A stretch of DNA of 64,000 nucleotides from Octopus bimaculoides (Eukaryota). Shown here in pieces: positions 12,100 to 25,170 of the stretch. How positions within the stretch are numbered: the stretch's first letter is position 1; every line of letters starts with the position of its first letter. Under the pieces are notes generated by a model, which was given only the letters and a program-made list of their open reading frames with translations, did no database searches and was not told the origin of the DNA. The stretch is from positions 22,561,985-22,625,984 of the forward strand of contig NC_068992.1 of assembly GCF_001194135.2 (NCBI RefSeq), given 5' to 3'. The position numbers and the translations under genes are program-made.

Positions 12100-12960
12100 G
12101 TCTATCGTCGGGGCATTTGATTCTAATAATTTAAGTGTAGTTAGCATTGTTGCATGCTCAATTAATGAGCTGTTTCTCAGCTTCTACCGTTCATCACAAT
12201 TCCATCCGTTTGCTGTGGGGAAACCGGTACGCCTCGTCCCTTCAAACGAGAATTCATTTGCATCGTTTATTAGGTAAAACTTAGGAGCCATTGACATGCA
12301 ACTAAAATTTAGAAAAGGCAAAACTGAATCCAGTAAAATGGAGGACGTAAAGGTTATGATTATAATGCAAGGATAATAATTAGACAAATGTTGGTGAACA
12401 ATATGATAAAGATAATAAAAACGTTGATAGCATCAATGTAAATTATAATGGACAAACTTAAGTAGCAACTCTGGTTTTATTTCCACTTCATCCTCGACTG
12501 GATGCCAAAACAATTCTCGAAGATTATAGAAATATTGATATTGTGAATGTAGATGTTATTTAGCCATAAGTTACTTAAAAGAACTGTTCTGTAATCAGGT
12601 GTTCCAAGTATGACTGATACATATTCTATTTAAATATTCAAATAAAATATCTATGGTAACTGTTCTTTAAGAAAGTAATAGGCATTTTGGGAGAATTTTG
12701 GCTTCTGTTTCTTGCTTGTTGACATGGGGGTAGCTAATGTGGAGAGATGAAGATTGAGACTAAAGCATCAATTGGTTGAACCAGATCATTCACTGTATAC
12801 GTTACTGCGTAATGGACTGCCTTGTGCTAATATTGCTTAAAGCGTTGCAGGCAATCAAATCTCAGGCAGTGAAGTAAACATAACTATTACACAGTATATT
12901 TCACGAGGAAGTAGACATAAGGAAGTTTATTCTGTTTCATTTGACCATTCTAAAGGTGAT
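12100..12960 (+). pseudogene. Decayed GRL101-like LGR receptor core, copy B (last LRR, hinge, TM1-TM7)
   Basis: AFDSNNLS (LRR), SVCC (12205-12216), PSNENS (12239-12256; P..DE.SSC), NLGAI (TM1), WTNLSSNSGFISTSSS (12449-12496; W..S..C..GF.S..SSE of TM3), LPCANIA*SVAGNQISGSEV (12817-12876; TM6-ECL3). Confidence 0.55.
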
Positions 12961-13169
12961 CTTATCGCTCAATGGAGTATAATATGCTTTATCTAATATT
13001 ACGGACCGCTGTCTGCTGTTAAACTACAACAACCACACAACTATACAAACATGATGATAACAATAGCAAAAGAAGTGCCAAGTATGACAAAACCGAAATT
13101 AATAACAATGGAGAACATAAAATGTTTAAATAACAAGAAGTACTTCAACAGCATCACCATGCATCGTCA

Positions 13170-13209
13170 TCAACAACAACAACAACTTTTACTACTACTA
13201 CTACTACTG

Positions 13210-13294
<85 letters not shown>

Positions 13295-13310
13295 GAAGAA
13301 GAAGAAGAAT
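13170..13310 (+). repeat. Compound trinucleotide microsatellite (CAA)n-(CTA)n-(ATA)n-(AGA)n
   Basis: Read directly from the sequence. Confidence 0.95.
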
Positions 13311-13829
13311 GGTTTCAATTTTTGACACAAGGCCAACAAGTTTGGTGGAAGGGGTAAATCGATTACACCGATACCAGTCCTGAACAGATATTTATTTTAT
13401 CGACNNNNNNNNNNNNNNNNNNNNNNNNNNNNNNNNNNNNNNNNNNNNNNNNNNNNNNNNNNNNNNNNNNNNNNNNNNNNNNNNNNNNNNNNNNNNNNNN
13501 NNNNNNNNNNNNNNNNNNNNNNNNNNNNNNNNNNNNNNNNNNNNNNNNNNNNNNNNNNNNNNNNNNNNNNNNNNNNNNNNNNNNNNNNNNNNNNNNNNNN
13601 NNNNNNNNNNNNNNNNNNNNNNNNNNNNNNNNNNNNNNNNNNNNNNNNNNNNNNNNNNNNNNNNNNNNNNNNNNNNNNNNNNNNNNNNNNNNNNNNNNNN
13701 NNNNNNNNNNNNNNNNNNNNNNNNNNNNNNNNNNNNNNNNNNNNNNNNNNNNNNNNNNNNNNNNNNNNNNNNNNNNNNNNNNNNNNNNNNNNNNNNNNNN
13801 NNNNNNNNNNNNNNNNNNNNNNNNNNNNN

Positions 13830-13890
<61 letters not shown>

Positions 13891-13894
13891 CATA

Positions 13895-14545
13895 TCATCA
13901 ACAATAAATCATATTATCTCTGGCTGCCCAGTCCGGGCTAAGAAGGAATATATTCACAGACAAGACACAGTTGGGACCTACATACACTGGAAGCTATGCC
14001 AGCACTATAGAATAACAACAGAACAAATATGGTATAGGCACACGCCAGAAAAGGTCACAGAAAACGAGAAAGCAACCATATTCTGGGATATGCCAATACG
14101 CACAGATAGAGAAATTAAGGACAAAAGACCAGATATAGTTGTCTGAGATCATAAAGAGAAAAATGCTTTCTAATTGATGTATCAATACCAGCACATGACA
14201 ACGTTTCTCTAAAAGAAATGGAGAAACTTTCAAAATGCAGAAACCTGGAAATAGAGGTAAATCAAATGTGGAATCTAAAAACAAACAATTCTTATCATAG
14301 TAGGTGCATTAGGTATGATAACAACATATTCAGACAAGTACATAACAAAAATACCAGTACCTTCAAATATATATAACATGCAGAAAATTGCACTACTGGG
14401 CACTGCACACATCCTACGCAAAACACTTTCAATACAGTAACCATAAGAGCATGACAGCAAACCACAGTACATACCCAAGGCACGCAGAGCTGCGCTCGGT
14501 AGTGGAGTGAAAGCTCGCTATAAAAATAAAACTACTGAACAATAA
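13895..14545 (+). mobile_element. 5'-truncated RLE-type non-LTR retrotransposon (R4/Dong-like) 3' end
   Basis: INHIISGCP..AKKEYIHRQDTVGTYIHWKLCQHY (end of the CCHC knuckle), WDMPIRTDREIKDKRPDIVV...LIDVSIP...EMEKLSK (PD..D..K endonuclease), KIALLGTAHILRKTLSIQ*. (AAT)n on both sides. Confidence 0.85.
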
Positions 14546-14569
14546 TAATAATAATTATAATAATAAAAA

Positions 14570-14998
14570 CAATCCCTTCTGAATTCGATTCGAGACCCAC
14601 GATTTCAAGGAAGGGGACAGGACAATTTCATAGATTCTATTAGTAGACCGCTATTTATTTCATTGATCCCAAAAGCCTGAAATGCAATGGCGACACCGGC
14701 GGAATTTGAAATTAGGTTGAGCTGGAAAACAATCATAAAATATAAAAAAAAATATTCTAAGATTCTACTACCTCGCTGCATTAATAATTTTTACTATTAT
14801 AGGCAGGAAACCTGAAATTTAGGGAAAGGGATAGTTAATTACTTCGACCCTAGTGTTCAATTGGTACGTCTTTCATCAACCTCGAAAGAATGAACGGTAA
14901 AATCGACTTCGGCAGAATTTGAAACCAGACTGTAACGACGGACGATATGTCGCTAATGATTTTATCCTGTACGCTTACGTTTCCACCAGGACACCGCT

Positions 14999-15000
<2 letters not shown>
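14570..15000. mobile_element. SINE family 2 fragments
   Basis: Match the family typified by 24967-25170 (GTCGACTT...GAATTTGAAC, GACGAAAT-like core). Confidence 0.7.
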
Positions 15001-15075
<75 letters not shown>

Positions 15076-15913
15076 TAATAAGATCNNNNNNNNNNNNNNN
15101 NNNNNNNNNNNNNNNNNNNNNNNNNNNNNNNNNNNNNNNNNNNNNNNNNNNNNNNNNNNNNNNNNNNNNNNNNNNNNNNNNNNNNNNNNNNNNNNNNNNN
15201 NNNNNNNNNNNNNNNNNNNNNNNNNNNNNNNNNNNNNNNNNNNNNNNNNNNNNNNNNNNNNNNNNNNNNNNNNNNNNNNNNNNNNNNNNNNNNNNNNNNN
15301 NNNNNNNNNNNNNNNNNNNNNNNNNNNNNNNNNNNNNNNNNNNNNNNNNNNNNNNNNNNNNNNNNNNNNNNNNNNNNNNNNNNNNNNNNNNNNNNNNNNN
15401 NNNNNNNNNNNNNNNNNNNNNNNNNNNNNNNNNNNNNNNNNNNNNNNNNNNNNNNNNNNNNNNNNNNNNNNNNNNNNNNNNNNNNNNNNNNNNNNNNNNN
15501 NNNNNNNNNNNNNNNNNNNNNNNNNNNNNNNNNNNNNNNNNNNNNNNNNNNNNNNNNNNNNNNNNNNNNNNNNNNNNNNNNNNNNNNNNNNNNNNNNNNN
15601 NNNNNNNNNNNNNNNNNNNNNNNNNNNNNNNNNNNNNNNNNNNNNNNNNNNNNNNNNNNNNNNNNNNNNNNNNNNNNNNNNNNNNNNNNNNNNNNNNNNN
15701 NNNNNNNNNNNATTTTAAAGCAAACACATAATTTTCTTATTGTTTCTTAAACATTCACTTGAACATAACTGTACAAATCCAAATATATGGTACCCTAGGC
15801 ATAACACCTACATGAACTTCTAACTTGTCTCTTGAGGTCTCTGGGTGAGACTTGGATCCAACTTGTACAAATGCAAAACAAAAGTCAAACATAAAATAAT
15901 AATAATAATAATG

Positions 15914-15944
<31 letters not shown>

Positions 15945-15964
15945 CAATAATAATAATAATATTT

Positions 15965-16100
15965 TTAATGGATTGACGTCACTCTTCACAAATGTAAACA
16001 GAGATGACGTAGAGAACGATGCGATTGCAATGGATATTTTATTGGTTGAACGATGCTTCGACAGCAAGCCTGTCTTTGTCGAGTCCAAAATAAAAAGTGA
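15965..16100 (+). mobile_element. Penelope-like reverse transcriptase fragment
   Basis: LTSLFTNV (15973-15996) resembles the DVxSLFTNV motif of PLE reverse transcriptases. It lies directly after an (AAT)n tract. Confidence 0.4.
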
Positions 16101-16329
16101 TAAAAATTCAAAATTATAGAAATTCAAATCTAAAATATGAACGAGAACAACCAGCGTCCTCACGTTGATAGAATGAGTTTTTAAGTTTCAACTTTATAAC
16201 TGTTGAAAAGAAAAAGACAGAAAAAAGATCGAAAAAATAAAGAAAATATGAATGAAAATAATAAGATTAAGAATAAGTTGAACAAGAACAACAATTAGTA
16301 AAGTAATCTGTCTTCAAAACCAACAAATT

Positions 16330-16850
16330 TTACATATTGATACTTGTTTCATTCGCTGATCAATAATTCTGAGTGTTAACACTATGTGCCAATGTATTGC
16401 ATAATATTTAGTAAGATGAATATTCTGATAAAGATGAAGGTTTTCTATTGCTAGCAGTCTTCAACCAGAAAGAATTGATTCATAAATGATTCTATTTAAA
16501 ATAATCTGCTCAGTTCGGTGCATGAACAAAAAAGTGACAATAGGTTAACTGTTTAGCTTTAATATCGAATCCCCTGATATATCAGGTGGAAAATTAAATT
16601 TTGTTTATTAATAATATTTATTTTTGTTCACAAACATTTTCATCTGGTTAGTACAATGCATTTATAGACAAATATTTATTTCCAAATACACTTATAGAAA
16701 ATGATAAGGAAAATAATACTTAATGAAATAGATTGAAATGGTCTGAGATATATATGTTGGGTCATTTCATGTGTAATGGATGATACGAAATGCACCACAC
16801 TTGTGATAATGAGTTGTTGGATTACAGAGAGATGGTCATGTCCTCAAACC
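16330..16850 (+). pseudogene. Decayed LDLa modules (third LGR copy)
   Basis: QCIA*YL...YSDKDE (16390-16430) and GHFMCNG*YEMHHTCDNELLDYR (from 16760) match F.C.NG.CI...CD...DC.D.SDE. Confidence 0.45.
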
Positions 16851-17201
16851 TTACTATAACCAATGCGTTGCTGTTTCTGGATTGTATAATTGAATAATAA
16901 GTCATACATGCATCGGACACGACAAAGTCAGATGTATGGCCGAGGCTTAGGATTGTCTGGTAAGATACTTGCTTCTCGATTACGTGGTTCCGAGTTCAGC
17001 CCCACTGCGTGACATCTTGGTCGGGTGTCTATTACTATGGCCTCAGGCCGATCAGAATCTTCTGAACGGACTTCGTAGAATTGAGTGGAAAATGAAAGAA
17101 GCTCGTCGTGTATATATATATATATATATATATATACGTATACCCAAGAAATGTAAATGTTATTAAAAATAATATTATTATCCAACAAGATTAAAGAACT
17201 A

Positions 17202-17268
<67 letters not shown>

Positions 17269-18504
17269 ATATATATTTGCACACACAGTATATATGCGAG
17301 TGTCTTTGGGTTCCCTGTTTGTCCCGCACTAGCCCTGAACAACAGGTGTTGGTGTGTTTATGTCCCTGTAACTTAGTGGTTCTGCGAAACTATGTGTCAG
17401 GCTTTACAAAAAGAAAGGAAAAGCAAATATACGGGGGTGATTTATTTGATTAAAAATTCTTGAAGTGGGGGTGCGATAGCATGTTCGCAGTTTAATGTAT
17501 TTCGGGGGCCAAAAACCCTGGGGGGGGGTCTCTAATGTCACAGGTCCGACCACAAACTGTTTCAGTGAGCTCCTGATATTTTGATAGGAGCTGGATTTCA
17601 ATATACCCCCTATCCTCAGATATTGCCAAACTAGTTATTGCTCTTTCCCATACTCTTATCACTGAAATTACATTACTGTACCTGCCTCACGCTAACCATT
17701 GTGTCCAGTTATTCCGCAGAATGTCGAGTTTCTATTCTGCATATGCGTTACATTATACTGTTGACCTCATTGGTTATTGACAGCATGTACATCCAATTGC
17801 AGAACTACTGATAGACCTAACCAAATAAACAAATCCTCTGAGAGAATAAAATATAAACTTAAGATAATATAAATTTAAATAAGCATGGTTACGAATCAAT
17901 CAATATTTTTAATATACGAATATGAAGAAATAATCTATTAATAATTAAAATACAAATTATTTAAAATATCCTTTAGCATATCTGTTCTTGCATGTTTTGT
18001 TATATATGTGATGCTGCATCCAAATCACATCACCTGACTTATCTATGTAAACACCTCGCTGAACACTTACATGATAACAATAAAGCTAATTAGCTTTAGT
18101 TAATGCTAATTACAGTATAGTGAAATTTTAAAGCATTCTAGAATAGTAAAAAGTATCAGGATATTAAATACCAATTAATATAATTTCCTCTGTTACCTTC
18201 TGGAGAATTTTATTTGGATATTTAGTTAACTTTTTAATGAATCAGTCAATAATTAAAAGTCATTAAATTTATTTCAGATAAGGTAGAGTAGATAAAGTAA
18301 GATAAAGACAGTAACAGGACAGGGAAAGTAGAAATAAGTAAATTGCGTAATTATTATTGTTACTTGTAAGAATGATCTTGCTTTATATTCTGTTAGAATA
18401 TATCTAATCTTCATTTTCAATTTGCAGTATAAATTGTATCAATTACTTCGATGTCTGTATGTCTGAAAATTTGCCTTAGATAATACCAAGTATTTAATTA
18501 AGAA

Positions 18505-18700
18505 ATGAAATTGTGTGACTTTACAATGCAGCACGTTCAGAACATGCAACATGAAAGGCAAGATACCAACATATTAACTTTTGGAAATGTTCCTTCTTCA
18601 ATAATGAATATCACTATAAATTTGTTCAACGAACATGTACTTAGTCACGACATGTTCTTAAACCTATTACGAGTAGCTGAATATACGATGAATATGAAAA
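18505..18700 (+). pseudogene. Possible decayed LRR segment
   Basis: The ORF contains TINLFNEHVLSHDMFLNLLRV, which is LxLxxNxIxxIxxDMFxxL-like. Confidence 0.3.
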
Positions 18701-19076
18701 GGAAAATGTTGTACATTCGGAGTAGGAGTCTAATCCCAATGAAATAACCCAATTCTGATTCTTAGATTATTTCCTTTTATATATTTAAAGCTAGGTTTGT
18801 TTATTATCTGAAAGAAACTTTATCAGTAATTCATAACAATGGCACACTGAATATTGTCATTAGTAGCTTTCAGTGTAACTAGGGCAGCACCTGAGAAATA
18901 TAATCTTAGAAATTATTGAATGAAAGTAATGTAGTGTTGATATGAATGGATTACATTGTTTCAGTGATGAACTATTATTAAATTTCATTTCATCTATCAA
19001 AGAGAGGAGGGATGAGAAAGAGAGAGAGAAAAAAGAGCGAGAGGACGTGAGAGAAAGAGAGAGAGAATGAAGAAGA

Positions 19077-19112
<36 letters not shown>

Positions 19113-19489
19113 TCAAACGAACAGAGCTTAAAACTAAACATGACGTAAATATATTCAAATAGATAATATTCATGAGGCATTCAGTGGCATAATGTTTAAT
19201 ATAAGTTAAAAGTATAATGTTCCCAACAAAGATTTCCTCTAAATAATGAAGTTATCGAAGATTATGTGGACATCAAATACCATTTTGCTATCCGTTAAAT
19301 TTATTTCATTATCATGAGCAGATTTATGAAAATCAAACTTTAAAAGGACACATGAAACTAAAGTATAGCGTACGAGAGGTGTTTGTAGACTTATTTGGTA
19401 ATTCAATAAAGCAAATTTAATCTAGCAAAACAAAATATATTTCAATAGAAATATGGGGACATGTTTTCCATAACATTTATTGTAAGATT

Positions 19490-20460
19490 AATCCACGAAT
19501 CTGGCTTCGGCGTCGGTGATTTCTTTAATGCGGGGTCGAAATCGTTATGCCTGCACTACATGATCATTATACTTTTTGGGAAACACCTTGGACATAACGG
19601 TCGTCACTGAAGCTATAATATTCTGAGTATGTGGATTATTCTCACGTTCAACAACACCCCAAATTGTGTTACAAGATCATAAAGATTGATTATCCTTGAG
19701 TTAGGTGGTTTTTGTGAAAAGGAGCTAAATTTTGTTGAAACACATATGTCCTTCAACCCTATACTTCATCCATCCAGGTTTTAACAACAATCGCTAGCCC
19801 CTCAATGTATCCAGTATCACTAATTCTAAGACCTTGTGGAAGGATGTGTAGTGGAATGACATAAACTTCGTTGCTCGCCACCCCTAAAACTGTTGCCGTT
19901 GCTAGAAACGCAGCGTGTATTTCTGTGGGAATATCAGAAGAGTCTGCACATAACCAGCTGTCACTTCTGTTAGGCTATTGGTCATCCTCACAAGTTTTCT
20001 TGTAAGAGAAGGACCAAAGTGTTCCATGTTCAGGAGGAGGATTTAAGTTTATTAAGTAACGGCAAGGCACGAGTGAAACGGTTTTCGTTTGTGTTTCCAA
20101 TTGCTTTGTCAGTACATAAGATTTTATCGAATGCCTTCATTCATCACAGGTCTGACACCAGAGATCTTTTGGCGATGACCATCATTGGATTTTCGGTATC
20201 ATTATCGATAATGTTTTGAATCCACCGGGTGTATCATGAATGCATTTAGTGTGCGACCGTTTAGAGTGTACTTTTGTCATCCTGAATTATTTGAAATATT
20301 CCACCTTACAGGCTTCCAATTTCCTTCGAACCGAACTGTGTGTAGAGAAGGTCTTTTAAGTTGACAATGTCTTAATTGCTGTTTCCCGCTATTGTATAAC
20401 GAGAATAACCACATGTCTTTTCATTTCCTCTGTTAGCATTTTATCTGCAATTGGTCTGAA
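19490..20460 (-). mobile_element. Decayed mariner/Tc1-superfamily transposase
   Basis: Minus-strand broken frames give EEMKRHVVIL (N-terminus), IQNIIDND, RTYVFQQNLAPFH (xQDxAPxH) and a C-terminal RxxAxxxAEG-like end. Confidence 0.8.
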
Positions 20461-20608
20461 GAGAGTAATATGGTAATAACTAATTTCCCGAAATACTCTT
20501 TGCACTCTGTTCGTATTACGAGTCAGAAGTCTTACTTGTGTTTTTTGTTCTAAACACTAAATATAGAACAAGTAGAAAGATATATTTTCAATGCGTAAAT
20601 ACTGGACA

Positions 20609-20644
<36 letters not shown>

Positions 20645-21489
20645 TCAAAAACAGGATGGATTCTTTTACAAGAATTTATCAAGTGGCTAGCGTGAAAAAT
20701 CCTCATAAGGGAAAAAAATCCATCATTTATTCCCGAAATATATATTTATATTTATATAAGGGCATTACTATACAATAACGCCTCACGCTATGAGGGACTC
20801 TAAGGTCAGACTACCATAAANNNNNNNNNNNNNNNNNNNNNNNNNNNNNNNNNNNNNNNNNNNNNNNNNNNNNNNNNNNNNNNNNNNNNNNNNNNNNNNN
20901 NNNNNNNNNNNNNNNNNNNNNNNNNNNNNNNNNNNNNNNNNNNNNNNNNNNNNNNNNNNNNNNNNNNNNNNNNNNNNNNNNNNNNNNNNNNNNNNNNNNN
21001 NNNNNNNNNNNNNNNNNNNNNNNNNNNNNNNNNNNNNNNNNNNNNNNNNNNNNNNNNNNNNNNNNNNNNNNNNNNNNNNNNNNNNNNNNNNNNNNNNNNN
21101 NNNNNNNNNNNNNNNNNNNNNNNNNNNNNNNNNNNNNNNNNNNNNNNNNNNNNNNNNNNNNNNNNNNNNNNNNNNNNNNNNNNNNNNNNNNNNNNNNNNN
21201 NNNNNNNNNNNNNNNNNNNNNNNNNNNNNNNNNNNNNNNNNNNNNNNNNNNNNNNNNNNNNNNNNNNNNNNNNNNNNNNNNATATGACGTACTAAATATC
21301 ATGTCGAGTATTTTTTACAGGACTCGGAATCAGCCCTAAATCTTGTTATCGCCCAATTAGTGATGTTCCATCGTCTGGATTTTATTGTTAACTTAAGTTA
21401 CCAGTGTTATTTAATTTTTTCCTCGACGTAAATTCCCATTATCATTATTTTATTGTCCTTAAAACTTTGGGCCTCAGTGGCCAAAACCC

Positions 21490-21491
<2 letters not shown>

Positions 21492-21521
<30 letters not shown>

Positions 21522-21586
21522 CTTCTTCTTCTTCTTCTTCTTCTTCTTCTTCTTCTTCTTCTTCTTCTTCTTCTTCTTCTTCTTCC
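21492..21586 (+). repeat. (CTT)n microsatellite
   Basis: Read directly from the sequence. Confidence 0.95.
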
Positions 21587-22249
21587 CTCCTCCTTTGGAT
21601 GCCTGGATAAGATACTAAATAGGTTACAAGGATCATTTTTTCCTACAAATCTATTTGTTTTTATTGAGAAAGAGACAGCATATATAACAAGAGTTAGATT
21701 TAGATTTGATTAATTTCTTTTTGATTTATTTCAGTCATTAAACACTAAGTATGGCTGTTCTGATATAGAGATATACTGACAAGAATTGTTTCACTCGTTG
21801 GTGTAAATTCATGCCTTTACTTTACCAAATATATGTCATGTTATGTCAGGTATAAATGATTATGACACATCTTTCCATTTTTGTCTATTCTCAATTTTTA
21901 TCGTTAGAACATTATCTTACGTGTCATCTCGATGTATTTCTGTAATGAGCAGCTGAAATATTGTCGGTCATTCTGGGCGACTGTAATTTCTAATTTAAGC
22001 CTCAGTTAAGATTAAGATGCACTGTTCGGCTTTAGTTCTACCACAACCTTAGACTTGTTAGATACGTGCCTGTGTTACTATTCTGGATAGTTTACCAAAT
22101 AAGCATAAAGAAACTTAATTACTTTCACCTAACGTATCCGCAAAAATTTCCTGCATCACGTGATAAGCTCACATCTTTAACACTGTTTTGCTAAAAAAGA
22201 AAAGCTAGTATGTCAAGCCATTATGTCTCTCTAAGTAAATTCCAACTAC

Positions 22250-22500
22250 GATGAATTGGGAATGTAGTGCGCGTGCTCAACTCCAGACCTACGCAGCAGA
22301 TTTTATTTGATGAACGAGTATTCAACTATAAATTACGCGGAGGTGTCACTCCCAGAAAGGCGTTCAAAAGTGTGTCTTAGGACGATATAAATGGGCAAAA
22401 CTTTGCTCAAGATCATTCACCGTGGCGTAGTATTCTGGAGTAGAGCATTCGGAAAAGGAAATGATCAGAAACAAAAGTGTGGATGGCTGCACAAAAAGCT
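22250..22500 (+). mobile_element. Decayed RTE-clade LINE C-terminal fragment
   Basis: VRVLNSRPTQQILFDERVFNYKLRGG...QDHSPWRSIL matches the GHVxRM..R.PKQIL...RGG...DRxxWR motif of RTE elements. Confidence 0.6.
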
Positions 22501-23120
22501 ATGTAGTAATTCTGCTATTGATCTACTATTAAGAGCCTCATTCTAATCGTGGATTTTATGTCAACATTGACCCAATAAAGCACTGCTGCTTATGTGGTCA
22601 TGTTCAGAAAATCATACGACACTAATTAAATTCATTTATGCATAAGATAAAAAGCGATATCACAAACACATGCTAGCTTTGTTATGTTTTCTTAAACTAA
22701 CTAATAAGATGGCATATTTCATAATGTGATACATTGCATTCTATATCTTGAAGTAAGAATTATCTCATAGACAAACCAACGCCTGCATGACCTTAACTAT
22801 CCTATTAAAATTCAAGAACAAAAATAGGAAAGATGTCGCAAAAATATGACAGATAATAGTACAGAAAGACTAGTAGAGCTTCTCTGCAATACCGTGCTCT
22901 CATACCTTCTACAAGACCGTTACCAATCTCTCGGAGGAAGGATATTCTTAATGAGAATCGAACATTTACGGAACCTATTCAGTAAAATTCAACATTCGTG
23001 ATAGTTCATTGGTCACTATAGAAATAGCTATATAAGAATATGAACATGAAAAAATATGAGCATGAAAAATATATGCCTACACTATTCCGACACATATTTA
23101 TACCGACACATACACACACG

Positions 23121-23151
<31 letters not shown>

Positions 23152-23178
23152 GTATACTCACACACACACATACGCACG

Positions 23179-23224
<46 letters not shown>

Positions 23225-24059
23225 CATATATGGCGCATGCATGCAAAATTTCATATTTGCAACAATAGATTTTACAAGGAATAAATAAAATATATCGTAC
23301 CATTCAAACGCATACAAACATAGATACACACACACATACACACACACGCACACGCACACACGCACACACGCACACAAACCCACATATATGTACACACGTA
23401 GAGATTCATACCTAGAGATGCATAATCTATAGCGCATGACACTCAGATATATAGAATTGATGATTCGACGAAATAAGTACACATTGAAGATAGATAAAGA
23501 ATAAAATAAAATAAATTGTTTGGCTATTTTTATGAGAGTAAAAAAAAATCATTTCAATTTTCATTCGCAGACAAAAGAGAGAAGGCTTAAGAAAAACAAG
23601 AAGAACAATAAACAAAAACAGAATGGCTAAAAATTATGAAAGTTATCTGATATCCGAAGGTTATAATTTTGTCGAAAATCAAAGAGCAAATTCTAGTAGA
23701 TATTGAATGGTTTGAGAAGAACAATGTGGAAGGAAAATAGAATAACTTTAATGCTTAAACATAAAAGGGTTGTATAAAACATTACTGTATTCTGTTTCAT
23801 CTTTTGTTTGGCTTTATGTTGGCGACTGGAAAATTGAGTTTTAATCTGGCCTCCTCTTCCCATATATCATAAGTGAACCCCCCCACCACCCTCCAACACC
23901 ACTTCATTGGTCATAATTCTTTCACAAAAATTCTATTTTTGTTCTGTTTTTGTTAAGAATCTATGGTCAAGCAAAATTATTCCTAAACCATTATGTTTTA
24001 TCATCACTGAGTTTTAACTTTCAGAAAGAAAGAAAGAAAGAAATATATCAATCAAACAC

Positions 24060-24420
24060 ATTGCAGGAAATGCTGTCCAGTCACCATTTCTATAATTGGT
24101 GACTTACATGATAACTTCAAATATAACTTTAATGAACTTCAATTTGCAACATTTGGCATTCTGATGCCAATTACCTTTACTTAAACTTCAGTGATACAGA
24201 AAATTCTTCTGTTGTACCAATTCAATCTTTGTTTTGATAATATCTTTTGATAACACCGGGCTGTAGATGTTTAGACTCGTAGAACAGTGTAAAAAAATGC
24301 CGTGCTATATATAGTTACGCCTGTTGACGTTTCATTTCGAATCTTGCTTTGTCTATGGTCAATAAATTCAGTCAGTGTGAAGGACTGAGTTTGGTATCAT
24401 CAACTTTATGCCGTGTCCTC
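24060..24420 (+). pseudogene. Decayed LGR last LRR, hinge and TM2 (third copy)
   Basis: NFNLQHLAF*CQLPLLKLQ*YRKFFCC (FCC at 24207-24215) and RFISNLALS (24328-24354; F.I.NLA.SD of LGR TM2). Confidence 0.4.
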
Positions 24421-24634
24421 AAATATTAGTTCTCTGCGTATGTTGAGAATGAAGATTATATATCGAATACGGATTAATTATCAACGTTTTTTATCTGCAA
24501 TATGGAAAAATTACATCAATATATTGATAGCTACAGCAGATTATTAACCTGTACGTATACATACATAGTATATATTCATGCATGGATACACACACACAGG
24601 CACACANNNNNNNNNNTGTGTGTGCGAGATTGTA

Positions 24635-24670
<36 letters not shown>

Positions 24671-24966
24671 TAGGGGTTTTAAAAATCGATTAGCATCCTC
24701 CCACGAAATTTCAGGCATTATGCCAATAATAGAACGGATTATTATAATTATTACTATTAATCAATTCATATTAGTTTTTTTAAAATTTCCCTTGGTTCCT
24801 ACAAGGGACGTTGAGTCTCAACTAAGCTTTAATTTCCTAAAAACATTCTTTCCCTTATAATAAAGACTGCTCAATTGGTGTGTGATTAACATGGTCGATG
24901 TCTTTATACAATAAAAGAGGACACTTAAAATTAAGATTCTTATCAGTCTCATTCAGTAACTCATTC

Positions 24967-25170
24967 TAAGGCGGCGAGATGACAGAATCGTTATCACTCC
25001 GAGTGAAATCCGAACTGCAGTTTGATCCGTCGTCACGTTCTGAGTCCGAATTCCACAGAGGTTGACTTTGGCTTTCATCCTTTCGGGATAGATTAAATAA
25101 GTACCAGTTACTCACAGATGTCGATGTACTCGAGTTGATCCGCTTTCCCGAATTTAAAGCCTTATCCATT
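24967..25170 (+). mobile_element. SINE family 2 (TAAGGCGGCGAGCTGGCAGAATCGTTAG type)
   Basis: Homologous copies at about 13310-13404, 26225-26540, 33228-33415, 33520-33620, 35850-35990, 41021-41535, 54735-54800 and 62085-62730. Confidence 0.85.

Noticed and set aside
12184-12387. Minus-strand ORF/exon ending ...GFPTANGWNCDER
   Set aside because: It is antisense to the + strand LGR hinge motifs (SVCC, PSNENS).
20701-20745. GGGAA/TTCCC hairpin followed by GAAA (hammerhead-like)
   Set aside because: The upstream box is CUCAUAA rather than CUGANGA, and there is no helix I or cleavage triplet.
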